From positions 288,001 through 352,000 of the forward strand of contig CAVWVI010000001.1 of assembly GCA_963758495.1 (NCBI GenBank): a DNA stretch of 64,000 bases, read 5' to 3'. The stretch is from Oligoflexia bacterium. GTDB taxonomy: Bacteria; Bdellovibrionota; UBA1018. Below are positions 9,641-20,711 of this stretch, piece by piece. The position numbers and the translations under genes were made by a program. Below the pieces are notes generated by a model. The model did no database searches and had not been told where the DNA came from. It worked only from the letters and a program-made list of their open reading frames with translations. Within the stretch, counting starts at the first letter, position 1. Each line of letters begins with the position of its first letter.

Positions 9641-12600
9641 ATTGCCTTTTTTAGTTTCTGGAGTGACTCCTCAATATCGCTGAATTTACTTTTCGCTTGA
9701 ATTTTTCTTAACCATAAGCCACCGGCCACTATAACACCTGCAGCTATCAAAACCTTCTTAGCAAAGTGCGAGGAACCTTCAGCCCATTCGGCGGCTGGCT
9801 GTATAAACTGATTCTCCGGGAATTGAGAGCTTGAAAAGGATGTCTCATTTAAGGATGAGGTCTCTTGTGACTGGATTGCTAAGTCGATGACCTGAGCTAG
9901 GTGAAGTGCTCTTCGAGGGGTTCCTTGTTCAATTTGAGTTCGGCAGCTAAACCCTTCAGTCATGATGATACTATCAGAAGGAGCCTCTCGAACTTTCGGG
10001 AATAAAACCCGTTCACCACAAGCTTGGGAGATCTCATACTTTTCGGGTTCAAACCCAAATGACCCTGCCATCCCACAACAGCCCGAGTCTAAGAGGTTGG
10101 CCTCCGTCTCCATTTTCTTCAATATCTCCTGATCTGCTTCACAGCCTAAAACAGACTTATGATGGCAGTGCATGTGAACAACGACTTTCTTATGGAGTTT
10201 CGGTAGTTCAAAATGAGAAGCTTTCTTCGTCAAGAACTCAGCAAGCGTAAATGTTTGATCATGAAGCCGCTTTACATCCAAATCGTTAGGGAGGAGGCTC
10301 ACCATTTCATCCCGGAATACGGAAACACAACTCGGCTCCAATCCCACTAAAGGAACCCCTGCCCGAATTTCGTCCCGCAAAACCCCCACGATTTGTTGAA
10401 TCTGACGCTTCGCTTGATCGAGTAATCCGAAATCATAAAGAGGTCGTCCACAACAAAGGAAGGCCTGAGGTACTTGGACCTTGAAACCTGCCGCTTCCAA
10501 TACGCGAGTTGCAGACTTAGCCGTTTCAGGATGGAAATGATTATTGAAAGTATCCGGCCAAAGAATGACTGGGATTCCCTCTAAGTTGACCGGCGCTCTT
10601 TTTTTAAACCACTGTTGAAAAGTCTCACGGGCATAGTTGGGAATAGACCGTTTCCGTTCTAACCCTCCGAGTTTCTTTGCCACTTCAGATAGTCCAGGAG
10701 TTTTGAAAATAAAATTCACTAGGCCTGGTATTTTAGAAGCAAGCTTTGACCAAATATGGATGAATCCCATTGAGTAGGCAGCTATCGGACGCCGATGGGA
10801 CTCATAATAATGAGATAAAAATTCTGATTTATAGGTGGCCATGTCAACGTTGACCGGACAATCCCCTTTACATCCCTTACATGCTAAACAAAGATCGAGT
10901 GATTCCTTGACGGCCTCACTTTGCCACTGATTTTGAATCGGGTTGCCCTGCAACATTTCAAAGAGGAGGCGTGCTCGACCCCGAGTCGAATGTTTCTCCT
11001 CGCGAGTCACCATGAAGCTAGGACACATGGTTCCGCCCTCCATTCTCCGACACTTTCCTACACCCACACAGCGAGAGGTAGCACGAGCGAAACTCCCCTG
11101 GTCTTCGGGGTAAGTAAAATGGGTGCTCACCGGAAGGGGATTATATTCAGGTCCCATTCTTAGATCCGAAGTAAAGGGTCTGGCGTCGATCACCTTTCCT
11201 GGATTCATTTTCCATTTCGGATCCCAGATGGATTTAAACTCACGAAATGCCTGCATCAACTCAGGCCCATACATTTTCTCAAGGAGTTCACCTCGAGATT
11301 GGCCGTCTCCATGCTCCCCGGAAAGAGAGCCTCCCATTTGAATGCAAAGGTCTGAGGCTTCCTCAATGAAATTTCGGTATTGCTTGACCCCTTCATGGGT
11401 ATTTAGTTCAAACGGAATCCGACAGTGGAGGCATCCTTGCCCAAAATGACCATAAAGAGCCGCATCATAGTGATATTTGTCAAAAAGTTTTCGGATTCCT
11501 CTTAAATATTCGCCCATCTTTTCAGGGGGGACTGCAGAATCTTCCCAACCAGGCCAAGCGTCTTTTGATCCTGGAACACGAGCCGTTGCTCCCAGGCCAG
11601 ATTCGCGAATTTCCCAAATCTTTTCCTGAATTTCGAGGTCTGAATAGATTTTATAATGAGGCGAATGAGGTAATTTATTTATGAAAGATATCATCCTTTC
11701 GGATTGATCTCGGGCATCTTCCTTCGAGTCGCCTCCGAACTCCACAATAAGGAACCCTTTCCCTTCTGGAAGATATTTGAGGCTCTTTTGATGAAGCTTC
11801 TTAATTTGTTCATGTTCTATGAGTTTATGGTCGATGCCTTCAAGCCCGATAGGCCCAAACTTCATGATTTGTGGCACGTGATCTGCTGCCTCAAAAACCG
11901 AGGAATAACCTAATACAACGAGTGAACAAGCTTGAGGAGTAGGAATGAGCTGAACCGTGGCTTCTAAGACCGTAATTAAGGTTCCTTCACTTCCTACTAG
12001 GGCACTGGCCACATTAAATCCATTTTCAGGAAGGAGGTCGTCTATATTGTAGCCTGAAACTCGTCTTGGGATTTTTGGAAAGCGAGCACGAATCAGGTTG
12101 GCATAACGGTCTCTTAAATTTTTAAGGTCTTTGTAGATTTGTCCTCGACGATCTCCATTTCGGCCAGATTTAATTATCCTTTCCAGCTCAATTTCGGAAG
12201 TAGGCCCAACACGGAAGCGACATCCATCGTAGGTAAGAATCTCTAGCTCTCGAACATTATCTGAGGTCCGAGCGCCTATGCCTGCTTTCGCAGCCATGAC
12301 AGAATGAATTCCACAGGAATTATTTCCAATCATTCCACCGAAGGTATTGTGATTATGTGTCGCTGGATCTGGCCCAAATGTAAGTGAATGCTGTTGCTCC
12401 GCTTTATTTCGAAGGTCATCTAAGATCAAGCCAGGTTGCACACGAGCGATTTGTTGATGAGGATCAATGTCGATAATCTGATTCAAATATTTGGAGAGGT
12501 CCAAAATAACTGCATGATTTGTCGAAGACCCTGAAAGGTCTGTCCCTCCGCCCCGAGGAAGGACCGGAACTTGGAATTGATGACAGACTTCCATCGTTGC

Positions 12601-12834
12601 AACGACATCATCCGTGCTTCGGGGAATGACCACTCCAATCGGAACAAATCGATAGTTTGAACCGTCGGTCGCGTAAAGAGCCCGATCTCCATCATTAAAG
12701 CGTACCTCTGCTTGCGTCTGATCGCTCAGTGCACGTTCTAGTTGATTGCGTGTCTTTTTACCAATTTGGCTATCAATTTGGCCGTTGATCCCCTCTTGCT
12801 GAGGGTGGAAAGGTTTTAATAGAGGTCTAGTCAT
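9637..12834 (-). CDS. FAD-binding and (Fe-S)-binding oxidoreductase (GlcD/Dld-like fusion)
   Basis: PRGGGT FAD loop, SGEHGDG, CxxCxxCxxxCP and CCG domains. Confidence 0.9.
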   Translation of the reverse strand: MTRPLLKPFHPQQEGINGQIDSQIGKKTRNQLERALSDQTQAEVRFNDGDRALYATDGSNYRFVPIGVVIPRSTDDVVATMEVCHQFQVPVLPRGGGTDLSGSSTNHAVILDLSKYLNQIIDIDPHQQIARVQPGLILDDLRNKAEQQHSLTFGPDPATHNHNTFGGMIGNNSCGIHSVMAAKAGIGARTSDNVRELEILTYDGCRFRVGPTSEIELERIIKSGRNGDRRGQIYKDLKNLRDRYANLIRARFPKIPRRVSGYNIDDLLPENGFNVASALVGSEGTLITVLEATVQLIPTPQACSLVVLGYSSVFEAADHVPQIMKFGPIGLEGIDHKLIEHEQIKKLHQKSLKYLPEGKGFLIVEFGGDSKEDARDQSERMISFINKLPHSPHYKIYSDLEIQEKIWEIRESGLGATARVPGSKDAWPGWEDSAVPPEKMGEYLRGIRKLFDKYHYDAALYGHFGQGCLHCRIPFELNTHEGVKQYRNFIEEASDLCIQMGGSLSGEHGDGQSRGELLEKMYGPELMQAFREFKSIWDPKWKMNPGKVIDARPFTSDLRMGPEYNPLPVSTHFTYPEDQGSFARATSRCVGVGKCRRMEGGTMCPSFMVTREEKHSTRGRARLLFEMLQGNPIQNQWQSEAVKESLDLCLACKGCKGDCPVNVDMATYKSEFLSHYYESHRRPIAAYSMGFIHIWSKLASKIPGLVNFIFKTPGLSEVAKKLGGLERKRSIPNYARETFQQWFKKRAPVNLEGIPVILWPDTFNNHFHPETAKSATRVLEAAGFKVQVPQAFLCCGRPLYDFGLLDQAKRQIQQIVGVLRDEIRAGVPLVGLEPSCVSVFRDEMVSLLPNDLDVKRLHDQTFTLAEFLTKKASHFELPKLHKKVVVHMHCHHKSVLGCEADQEILKKMETEANLLDSGCCGMAGSFGFEPEKYEISQACGERVLFPKVREAPSDSIIMTEGFSCRTQIEQGTPRRALHLAQVIDLAIQSQETSSLNETSFSSSQFPENQFIQPAAEWAEGSSHFAKKVLIAAGVIVAGGLWLRKIQAKSKFSDIEESLQKLKKAI

Positions 12835-12840
12835 AAATCC

Positions 12841-14598
12841 TCATATCAGCTCTCTGAGTTGATCTTCCGTGACAGTGGCAATAATCTTACCGATATATTT
12901 CTCTCCTCTCGCCAAAGCCGTGGCGAATTTCTTTGCTTGCTCAGGCTTTATTTTGGGTGGCAAAGGTGGCTCTTGAGGGTCCACTACACATTCCACTAGA
13001 GCGGGTCCAGGCGCTTCAAGAGCTCGATCAAGAATGTCACCGCAACTCTTGGGATCATCAATCGAATAAGCTCTGACACCACAAGCTTCTGCTACTTTGA
13101 CAAAATCGATAGGTTGAAGATCACAAGCATATTCTGGGTTGCCCAGCATCACCATTTGCTCCCACTTGATTTGACCTAATGTATTATTCTTAATGACAAT
13201 TACTTTGACGGGGAGACTATATTTCACGCAAGTCGCAAGTTCGGCCATGAGCATCGAGAGTCCACCATCTCCCACAAAGGCAACGACTTGACGGTCGGGA
13301 TGGGCAATCTGCGCCGCAATCGCATAAGGTAGTCCGCATGCCATGGTGGCTAGGGTTCCAGAAAGAGAAAATAATTGGCCTTTTCTAGCGGGAATTTGCC
13401 TTGCCCACCAAGTGGCAATCGTACCAGAATCACAAGTAACTATAGCGCGATCTGAGAGCCTCTTTCCCAACTCCCAAGCTGGAACCTGTGGCTTCATGGG
13501 TTTATCAGACCTTGTCCCCCGCTCTTCCATCAGTTTCCACCAGTATTCCATTTCATCCTGAAGAGTCTCAATGAACTTTCTATTTTGCTGACGTTTCAGA
13601 AGCGGCAGAAGTTCTCGAAGAGTATTCCTACTATCCCCGACAAGTCCTACCTGCACCGGGTAACGAAGCCCTAACCTTTCAGGGTCAATGTCAATTTGAA
13701 CTGCTTTCGCTTTTCCTGGCTTAGGTAAGAATTCAAGATAGGGAAATGACGTTCCTACCATAAAAAGAGTATCGCACTCCTCCATCGCGTGTTGCGATGG
13801 ACTTGTTCCTAAAAGTCCGATGCTGCCGGTGGTGTAGACACAATCATCTGGAACGGCTCCTTTTCCCAAAAGAGCCTTAATGATGGGAGCACCCAGAGTT
13901 TCAGCAGCCTGAATCAGCTCATCAGTAGCATCATTTGCACCTTGCCCTGCGAGAATAGCCACCCGTTTGCCCGAATTTAAAATATCGGCTGCAGCGCTCA
14001 GGTCGTCTCCTTTCGGAACCTCCGCAGACCCCGTTCTCACTGCAGAGGTATGATGAGGCTTGTTGCGCATCGAAGGATGCTTCTTCTTCATAGGCATGTC
14101 TTGAAAATCGACTGGTATAGTGATGTGAGCAACGCCTCTCTTTGCTAAAGCCGTACGGCAGGCAATTTGGGTCACGCTTTCGATATGAGCTGGCCCCATC
14201 ACCCGAGTGTTATAGACCGTCACGTCTTCGAAAAGGCGATCCAGATTAACATCCTGTTGAGAATGGGTATCCAGCAGATCATGATAGTGCATTCCCGTAA
14301 TGGCAAGTACGGAGGCTCCATCAAATTTTGCATCATAAAGCCCATTCAAAAGATGGATACCCCCCGGTCCTGAGGTCGCAAGGCAAACTCCCAACTTCCT
14401 GGTAAATTTTGAATAGCCACAGGCCATAAAAGCAGCAGCCTCTTCATGACGGGTTTGGATAAATTTGATTTTCTCTTTGCGCTTACGAAGAGCCTCAATG
14501 AGGCCATTGATTCCATCACCAGGAATCCCGAAGATGGTATCTACGCCCCAGTCGTCAGTCAAAATATCAAAAAGAACATCCGCTGCTGTAGTCTCCAT
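12841..14598 (-). CDS. ThDP-dependent pyruvate oxidase/dehydrogenase (PoxB-like)
   Basis: RHEEAAAFMA, TSGPG and the GDGG...NN ThDP motif; AAGGA RBS before ATG 14598. Confidence 0.9.
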   Translation of the reverse strand: METTAADVLFDILTDDWGVDTIFGIPGDGINGLIEALRKRKEKIKFIQTRHEEAAAFMACGYSKFTRKLGVCLATSGPGGIHLLNGLYDAKFDGASVLAITGMHYHDLLDTHSQQDVNLDRLFEDVTVYNTRVMGPAHIESVTQIACRTALAKRGVAHITIPVDFQDMPMKKKHPSMRNKPHHTSAVRTGSAEVPKGDDLSAAADILNSGKRVAILAGQGANDATDELIQAAETLGAPIIKALLGKGAVPDDCVYTTGSIGLLGTSPSQHAMEECDTLFMVGTSFPYLEFLPKPGKAKAVQIDIDPERLGLRYPVQVGLVGDSRNTLRELLPLLKRQQNRKFIETLQDEMEYWWKLMEERGTRSDKPMKPQVPAWELGKRLSDRAIVTCDSGTIATWWARQIPARKGQLFSLSGTLATMACGLPYAIAAQIAHPDRQVVAFVGDGGLSMLMAELATCVKYSLPVKVIVIKNNTLGQIKWEQMVMLGNPEYACDLQPIDFVKVAEACGVRAYSIDDPKSCGDILDRALEAPGPALVECVVDPQEPPLPPKIKPEQAKKFATALARGEKYIGKIIATVTEDQLRELI

Positions 14599-14636
14599 AT
14601 GGAATTCCTTTTCTGTCAAAGTCCTTTTATAAGACG

Positions 14637-15029
14637 CTACCCTGTCAGCTTCTCATTGCCACGATCCTGAAACTTCTGATTTTCCGAAGACGTCGGAACA
14701 AGCCGCAAAAGATTTGAACTGACCTTCTTTATTTTGTCCCGATTTCTAAACAACATGAAACCCAATGTTCCAATGATCAATCCGACCCCTCCATATCCGA
14801 ACGTCCTTACAGCAGCTCTCCTTGCTCCGCTTGGCTTTACCCAAGCTTGGGCTTGTTTCAAATAGTGATTTTTTCGATCAGGCCCTCGAACGTTATCCAG
14901 TGTTGTAGAAAAGTGTTCAGAAACGTTAAATAGCTGCTGCATAGGTGTGGGATCCTCTGTACCGACTTGATACTGCAATTGAGGTTCCAGTAGTCCGATG
15001 ACGCAGGGAAAGTAAACGCGATCCCTCAA
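14637..15029 (-). CDS. Hypothetical protein or C-terminal gene fragment with a hydrophobic tail
   Basis: ORF lies in line with the downstream operon; no recognisable family. Confidence 0.35.
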   Translation of the reverse strand: MRDRVYFPCVIGLLEPQLQYQVGTEDPTPMQQLFNVSEHFSTTLDNVRGPDRKNHYLKQAQAWVKPSGARRAAVRTFGYGGVGLIIGTLGFMLFRNRDKIKKVSSNLLRLVPTSSENQKFQDRGNEKLTG

Positions 15030-15199
15030 TTGGAGCCGCTGACCTAATTACCGTGAATGTGAATTCCGGAGAAGTTGATATGAGTGGAATTGTCGACACA
15101 TGGGCACAGCACCACAGAGTGACTCATGCCGCTTTTCTTGCAGGAGCAAGACTCGTTGTGAATCACCTCCGCGTCCGACAAGAACCATCGCAATCGTAA
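15002..15199 (+). pseudogene. BON-domain fragment
   Basis: Manual translation RDPSIGAADLITVNVNSGEVDMSGIVDTWAQ...AGARLVVNHLRV; no start codon. Confidence 0.5.
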
Positions 15200-15264
15200 C
15201 AGCGATTTGTCTACCGGCACGATCCCTTTGTTGCCAAAGAGGGATTTGGCTCTTCGGGATGAAT

Positions 15265-15373
15265 GCCATCCCGAAAGCTGCTTTTGAAGTGATTCTATTG
15301 AATATGAGGTAAAACCCCCGCTTCCATAAACAGGTACAGCATCGATTCCGTGCTGTGTCTGTGCAAGTTTCAT
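15265..15373 (-). pseudogene. Fragment of a second enolase-superfamily gene
   Basis: VPVYGSGGFTSYSIESLQKQLSGW matches VPIYGSGGFTSYSMKDLESQLGGW in the 5137-6070 gene. Confidence 0.6.
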
Positions 15374-15636
15374 ATTCTCTTCCTGGAGACTGCAATAAAA
15401 TTGCTGAGCACCTTGTTGCGATTCTTGCAGGATCTTGAATTGGATACGGGAGACTCATGAGATCCGAGCATAAGCCGGTCAAAAGTATAAATATGTCTAT
15501 GTTAAATTTTTACATAAACAGAGCAGGAAAAAATTTGTCGCCCCCACGACGAGCCATACTAAACCGCGCTAAGGGAGAGCTTCGAAAACTCTACAACCGG
15601 AAGTGAAAAACACCTTCCGACACTAGGAGAATCCAA

Positions 15637-16113
15637 ATGCCAGAAAAGAAAACCTTAGAACGAGCAAGAGAAGACGCCCGGGAAGGAAAATCTCCTTCCA
15701 CACAAGCCGGGGAATTTGTTCGAGAGGAAATTCACCATGTTCGGGAAGGAAAACATGGAGCTCGCTCAGCCAAGCAAGCGATCGCCATTGGCCTATCCAA
15801 AGCCCGCAAAGCCGGAGTAGATCTCCCTCCTCGGCGGAGGAAAGGATTGAAAGCCAACCTTTCTAAAAATCAGAAACGTTCGCAGCATCGTCCTTCAGCT
15901 AAACGCTCCCAAGCTATTTCTGAAGTTCTTCAAAAAGAATCCCATAGGTCTGTGTCTCCTGGCGCACTCTCCAGACAGGCTCGACAAAGCGCCAATCGAA
16001 GAGGTGCAACGAACAGACACCAAGCAGCACTCAAGGCGGTTCGCACCAAAGGACATGAAGGCCTAAGAGTAGCTGCCCGCAAAGGAGCTCGAACCAGGCA
16101 GAAGGCAGCATAG
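15637..16113 (+). CDS. Basic putative DNA-binding protein (DUF6496-like)
   Basis: GKSPSTQAGEFVREEI...KQAIAIGLSKAR; AGGAG RBS. Confidence 0.75.
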   Translation: MPEKKTLERAREDAREGKSPSTQAGEFVREEIHHVREGKHGARSAKQAIAIGLSKARKAGVDLPPRRRKGLKANLSKNQKRSQHRPSAKRSQAISEVLQKESHRSVSPGALSRQARQSANRRGATNRHQAALKAVRTKGHEGLRVAARKGARTRQKAA

Positions 16114-16310
16114 AAAATTGTCGGAAACGAAAAAAACCCTCCACTTCTAGTTGTCGCTTAACATTCTACGAAGCATTAGCGCAACGACCAGGTATTTCCA
16201 AAATAGAATGGCGTCCTACAATGTCAGAGCCGTAGAATTCCTAGTTGCTATTCAGAGTGGCTTCTTTTCTGCAGCACTCATCACTATTGCGTGGAATTCA
16301 CTCGATAGAG

Positions 16311-18731
16311 TCAGGCCTGTTTCTTTGCCAGGCGCTGACACTCAACTTCTTGTTCCCTAGAATTATTCAACCCAACGTCAATAGAATCCGCGAATGGAAT
16401 TTCAACAGTAAAAGTTGAACCTTTTCCGAGTTCACTATCAACACGAATCATCCCTCCATGAGCCTCAACGATTTGACGGGTGATATACAGTCCCAACCCA
16501 AAACCACTGATCTCTGTACCTTTTACCACTCGCTCAAAACGCTCAAAAATTTTTCGGCGCATCTCGGGCGCAATTCCAATGCCGTGATCAGAGATCTTAA
16601 GTAAGACTTTTCCACCCTCGCGCCGCAGACTTACCTCAATAGGTTTTCCCTTTCCGTACTTAAAGGCATTAGAAAGGAGATTTGTAACCACTTGCTCCAT
16701 TCTCATTCGGTCCCAATTTCCCTCAATCGAAGGATCAACATCTACCGCCACATCTACACCCCGAAGGTGAAAATCGGCATTTGAACGTTCAACCACGTCC
16801 GCAATGACCTCAGATAAATTTATCTTTTCAGGGCTTAATATCAACCGGCCAAGCCTGACCCGAGTGAAATCCAGCAACTCGTCTAACAGATGTCCTAGAC
16901 GTTGAGTTTGCTCCCCCGAAGCTCTGATCTGCTGTGCGAGCTTTGCTAGAGTGATACCGCTGACTTGGGCGACATTTTCATCAGGTCCGATAGGAATGTT
17001 CTCCTGCACGTTTTTCCAGATGGTACGATCCAACAATTGAAGCTGAAGAGAGATTGACGTGAGAGGAGTTTTCAGCTCGTGGGAAGCAATAGATAAAAAC
17101 TCGTCACGAGCTTGAATAGCTTCCTTAGCCTCATTCAATGCACGCTCACGCTCCTCAGCAATGTGTTTCTGATCATCAATATCGGTGTTGGTGCCAAACC
17201 ACTGGATCACTTCTCCCTTTTCATTCCGAAGCGGAGATATCCGGGTCAAAAACCATCGAAAATGTCCATCTCCTCCTTTGAGAGGAAATTCCATAGCGAA
17301 TGACTGTCCAGTATCAAGTGACTCTTTCCATTTCTTCATCACTCGGGGAAGAGTTTCGGGGCAGTGAACTCTTTGCCAACCCCAGCCTTCCAAATCCTTG
17401 AAAGTAGCTCCCGTATAACGATACCAGTTTTGATTATACCAATAGATGTAGCCATCGGCGCGAGCAACCCACGCAAGCTGAGGAATAGACTCGGCAAACT
17501 GCCTAAAACGTTCCTCACTATCTTTAAGCTGCTGCTCGGCTTTCTTCGTTTCCGTGACGTCCTGATAATTAGAAACTCGGTAGAGGAGCCTGCCCTGATC
17601 GTCTTTAACTGCAGTCACTTCTGCAAGGACTGGGAACTTAGACCCGTCCTTTCTTACATGAATTGATTCATAAGAAGTATGCCCCACTTCGTAGGCAGCT
17701 TGGATCCACTTATCCAGAAAGGATTTAGACTCATCCGCAAACATATCTAAGAGTGATCTCCCTATCCATTCTTCTGAAGTAGTTCCATGCATCTGAGCAA
17801 ACATAGGATTTACTTTGATTAACTTGTTGTCCGCACTCGCAATAGTTACACCCCAACCAGCTCGTGAGAAGACTGACTCCCATTGCGCAAGCTCGGCAGT
17901 GCGCTCTTGAACACGTTTTTCTAGATTTTCATATGAATGCCGAAGCGCTTCCTCAGCATTCTTTCGTTCGGTGATATCACGGGTTACCTTGGAGAATCCC
18001 AGAAGTGTACCCTGATCATCCCGAACTGCAGTAATCACAACGTCGGCCCAAAAACGAGAACCATCTTTTCGGACACGCCACCCTTCATCTTCAAAGCGGC
18101 CTACCCGTTTGGCTTCTTCCAATTCGCGCTCAGGCTTGCCATTCTTGAGATCTTCGGGCGGATAAAACGTTGAAAAATGACGTCCCAGAATCTCTGAGGA
18201 TTTATAATATTTGATCCGTTTTGCCCCTTCATTCCAGCTTGAAACCCGTCCTTGAGGATCGAGCATAAAGATCGCGTAATCTCTCACACCGTCGACAACA
18301 ATACGGAGGGTTTCGTCCCGCTTACGTAGTTCGACCTGCTGTTCCTCGGCTTTACGAGAGGCATTAACCATTGCGGCCACCCGTGGACGAATTGGGATCA
18401 TGTAGACCGCAGTTGCAACGGAAGCTGCGGCAGTAATCACTTTCGCGAGCGCCGCAAGCCAGTAAGAAGGAATCCAAAGCGTAAAAACTTCCATGAAATG
18501 GGTCACACCACAAGCTGCGATAAAGAGACCGAAGGCTAGGATCATCGCGGAAAAAGGGACATTAAGTCGACGTACAAAAGAATAGAGACAAGAAGCAATG
18601 AATAGGTAGGAAAGGCCAATCAGTGAGTCGGTCACGACCATCGTCCAAACTAAACTTGGCGTCCAGAGGTAGCAGTGCCCATGCGGCATGAAACCGTCGG
18701 TAGAAAAGAGACTATATAAAATGCTAGCCAC
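16311..18731 (-). CDS. Membrane sensor histidine kinase: ethylene-receptor-like N-terminal TM domain, three PAS domains, HisKA and HATPase
   Basis: FIAACGVTH in TM2; PAS repeats; ASHELKTPL; NLLSNA; DHGIG; GFGLGL. Confidence 0.9.
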   Translation of the reverse strand: MASILYSLFSTDGFMPHGHCYLWTPSLVWTMVVTDSLIGLSYLFIASCLYSFVRRLNVPFSAMILAFGLFIAACGVTHFMEVFTLWIPSYWLAALAKVITAAASVATAVYMIPIRPRVAAMVNASRKAEEQQVELRKRDETLRIVVDGVRDYAIFMLDPQGRVSSWNEGAKRIKYYKSSEILGRHFSTFYPPEDLKNGKPERELEEAKRVGRFEDEGWRVRKDGSRFWADVVITAVRDDQGTLLGFSKVTRDITERKNAEEALRHSYENLEKRVQERTAELAQWESVFSRAGWGVTIASADNKLIKVNPMFAQMHGTTSEEWIGRSLLDMFADESKSFLDKWIQAAYEVGHTSYESIHVRKDGSKFPVLAEVTAVKDDQGRLLYRVSNYQDVTETKKAEQQLKDSEERFRQFAESIPQLAWVARADGYIYWYNQNWYRYTGATFKDLEGWGWQRVHCPETLPRVMKKWKESLDTGQSFAMEFPLKGGDGHFRWFLTRISPLRNEKGEVIQWFGTNTDIDDQKHIAEERERALNEAKEAIQARDEFLSIASHELKTPLTSISLQLQLLDRTIWKNVQENIPIGPDENVAQVSGITLAKLAQQIRASGEQTQRLGHLLDELLDFTRVRLGRLILSPEKINLSEVIADVVERSNADFHLRGVDVAVDVDPSIEGNWDRMRMEQVVTNLLSNAFKYGKGKPIEVSLRREGGKVLLKISDHGIGIAPEMRRKIFERFERVVKGTEISGFGLGLYITRQIVEAHGGMIRVDSELGKGSTFTVEIPFADSIDVGLNNSREQEVECQRLAKKQA

Positions 18732-19007
18732 TCAACCTCCACGCTCCAACAATTATCTGTTCTTGTGATAAATGTGGCGAAAAATAGAATGGACAAAATG
18801 TCTTGCACTTTTCTGGCGAGCTAATACTCTCTCTCTCTCTCTAATCCTCAATGCAATGCAATGCACCACAGAAACTCTCCAGGAGTATTTCGTTCGGGTG
18901 CATTCCGAGAATCCTCCAGTTTCGTTTGTAACACTGTTAATCACTAGCTTCATGTGCCATATTTCGGGTGATTTCAAAAGCAATTTCAAGGCAAGGAAGT
19001 TGCCCAA

Positions 19008-19406
19008 TTATTTCCGTTTCGACGGAGGCGGACCACAGTACTCAAGAACTATTTTCATCAAGTAAGCGAGATCAACAGGCTTTTTAACTAGACCCTTAAT
19101 CTTGCCTGACTCAGATATCACTTTGATCTGACCTTCATTTGGGGCCGCAGAGACAACGACAATAGGGATTGTAGCAATGGTGTGTGTAACACTCGCCAAT
19201 TCAATAAATTTGTACCCATCCATAACCGGCATGGTTAGGTCTGTCAGGATAAGACAGGGTGTGCGGAGAACGTCCAAAAGGGCGAGCGCCTCCTCACCAT
19301 TACTTGCTATTCGGACCTTGTAACCTTCAAATTCGATAATGTGCTGCAACGTTTCTCGAATAGATTGATCATCCTCAATGACAACTACCAAACCGCACGA
19401 CGTCAT
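19008..19406 (-). CDS. Single-domain response regulator
   Basis: EDD, DLTMP and KP receiver motifs. Confidence 0.9.
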   Translation of the reverse strand: MTSCGLVVVIEDDQSIRETLQHIIEFEGYKVRIASNGEEALALLDVLRTPCLILTDLTMPVMDGYKFIELASVTHTIATIPIVVVSAAPNEGQIKVISESGKIKGLVKKPVDLAYLMKIVLEYCGPPPSKRK

Positions 19407-19464
19407 GAGCGTCTGGTTTCAAGTAACATGCCAGCGCTACCAACCCCTTCATTCCTATTGGGCT

Positions 19465-20004
19465 CTAGGCAACGCTCTTCTTGTCGTGAGCTTCATGCGT
19501 AGATGACACATCCCTGGCACCGTTCTGATTCAGGATATCTTTTGCCTTAGATGTCCACTCGGAATTATCAGTATGAACAGAGAGAAGAATGCCTCCTTTT
19601 TTGACAAAACCTTCGTAGCGCTTTGCCTCATACTCAGGAATTCCCATCCCGATCAGAGCGCCGCTAATACCACCCACCACTCCTCCGACTCCTGCACCCG
19701 CAAGTGCTGCCATAATGGGACCTGCAGCGATAAAGGGACCTATACCAGGAATGGCCAATGCGCCAATTCCGGTAAGCCATCCTAAAACACCACCCACGGC
19801 AGCTCCCGCCGTCGCCCCCGTTGCAGTACCCTCAGGAGCCTTGGTCTGCTTTTCGTGAGCAAATTCACGGGTACTACTTGAGTCAGACATAAGGACAGAA
19901 ATGTCTGAGTTTCGGAATCCAGACATTTTAAGGGCTTCCACTGCGCGCTCCAATACAACCCGATCCCCAAAAATTCCAAATACAACGGTCTTTCCTTCTT
20001 GCAT
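19465..20004 (-). CDS. General stress/DUF3341-like membrane protein with glycine zipper
   Basis: Gly/Ala-rich hairpin, IPGIGPFIAAGP, GIPEYEAKRYE. Confidence 0.75.
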   Translation of the reverse strand: MQEGKTVVFGIFGDRVVLERAVEALKMSGFRNSDISVLMSDSSSTREFAHEKQTKAPEGTATGATAGAAVGGVLGWLTGIGALAIPGIGPFIAAGPIMAALAGAGVGGVVGGISGALIGMGIPEYEAKRYEGFVKKGGILLSVHTDNSEWTSKAKDILNQNGARDVSSTHEAHDKKSVA

Positions 20005-20048
20005 ATTCTTCCTCCTTCTTAGGATTAATAGATTGAGTGCCTGAAAAT

Positions 20049-20471
20049 TTAGTTCTTGCTCATCACTTCTAACTGGTCCTGAACATTGTCAGCTCCGGCA
20101 ACCAACTGGGCCTTGTGTTCAATATTTGACTTTTCTTTTTCTGAATGAACTGGACCCTTCAGAGTCACTTTCCCATTTTCCGTAATTATTTTCACGTTGT
20201 GACCGTAAGTAGACAAACTTTTGTCTTTCACGATATTTTGTCGAATTTTTTTTGTGATTTGTAAATCCGAGCTATTGTTCTTTTGTTGTTCCGCCGTTAC
20301 ATCTTGAGAAGAATTTGAATTTCTATTCATTTTAGAATTGTCAGCTGAAGTATTTGGTTCTGTATCGGCGAACAGGGACTGCACAGAGTTGAATAATAGC
20401 GTAAGAGCACACAACCCAATGACTCTTATAGGTTTAAATTTGCGTACAGCCTTCCACATTCTGAGAGCCAT
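20049..20471 (-). CDS. Exported BON-domain (OsmY-like) protein
   Basis: Signal peptide; NVKIITENGKVTLKGPV. Confidence 0.85.
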   Translation of the reverse strand: MALRMWKAVRKFKPIRVIGLCALTLLFNSVQSLFADTEPNTSADNSKMNRNSNSSQDVTAEQQKNNSSDLQITKKIRQNIVKDKSLSTYGHNVKIITENGKVTLKGPVHSEKEKSNIEHKAQLVAGADNVQDQLEVMSKN

Positions 20472-20711
20472 ATAAACACCTCACTTTTCTCAATCAGGTT
20501 AAACATTCTATCGTTGCCATTAAGCAAATTCAATGACACGAGGCAATTAGGGTAATCACAAAAACCCAATACAAATAGCCAGCAATCTTTATTTGGAGGA
20601 AGCAAGTTATATTCCTTTTAACGGTTTGAAGAGAAACATTCATTGGTACGGCATCAAACGTGCAACCTCATTCGATATCTTACAAATTAAATTTAAATCA
20701 CGGAGATATTC

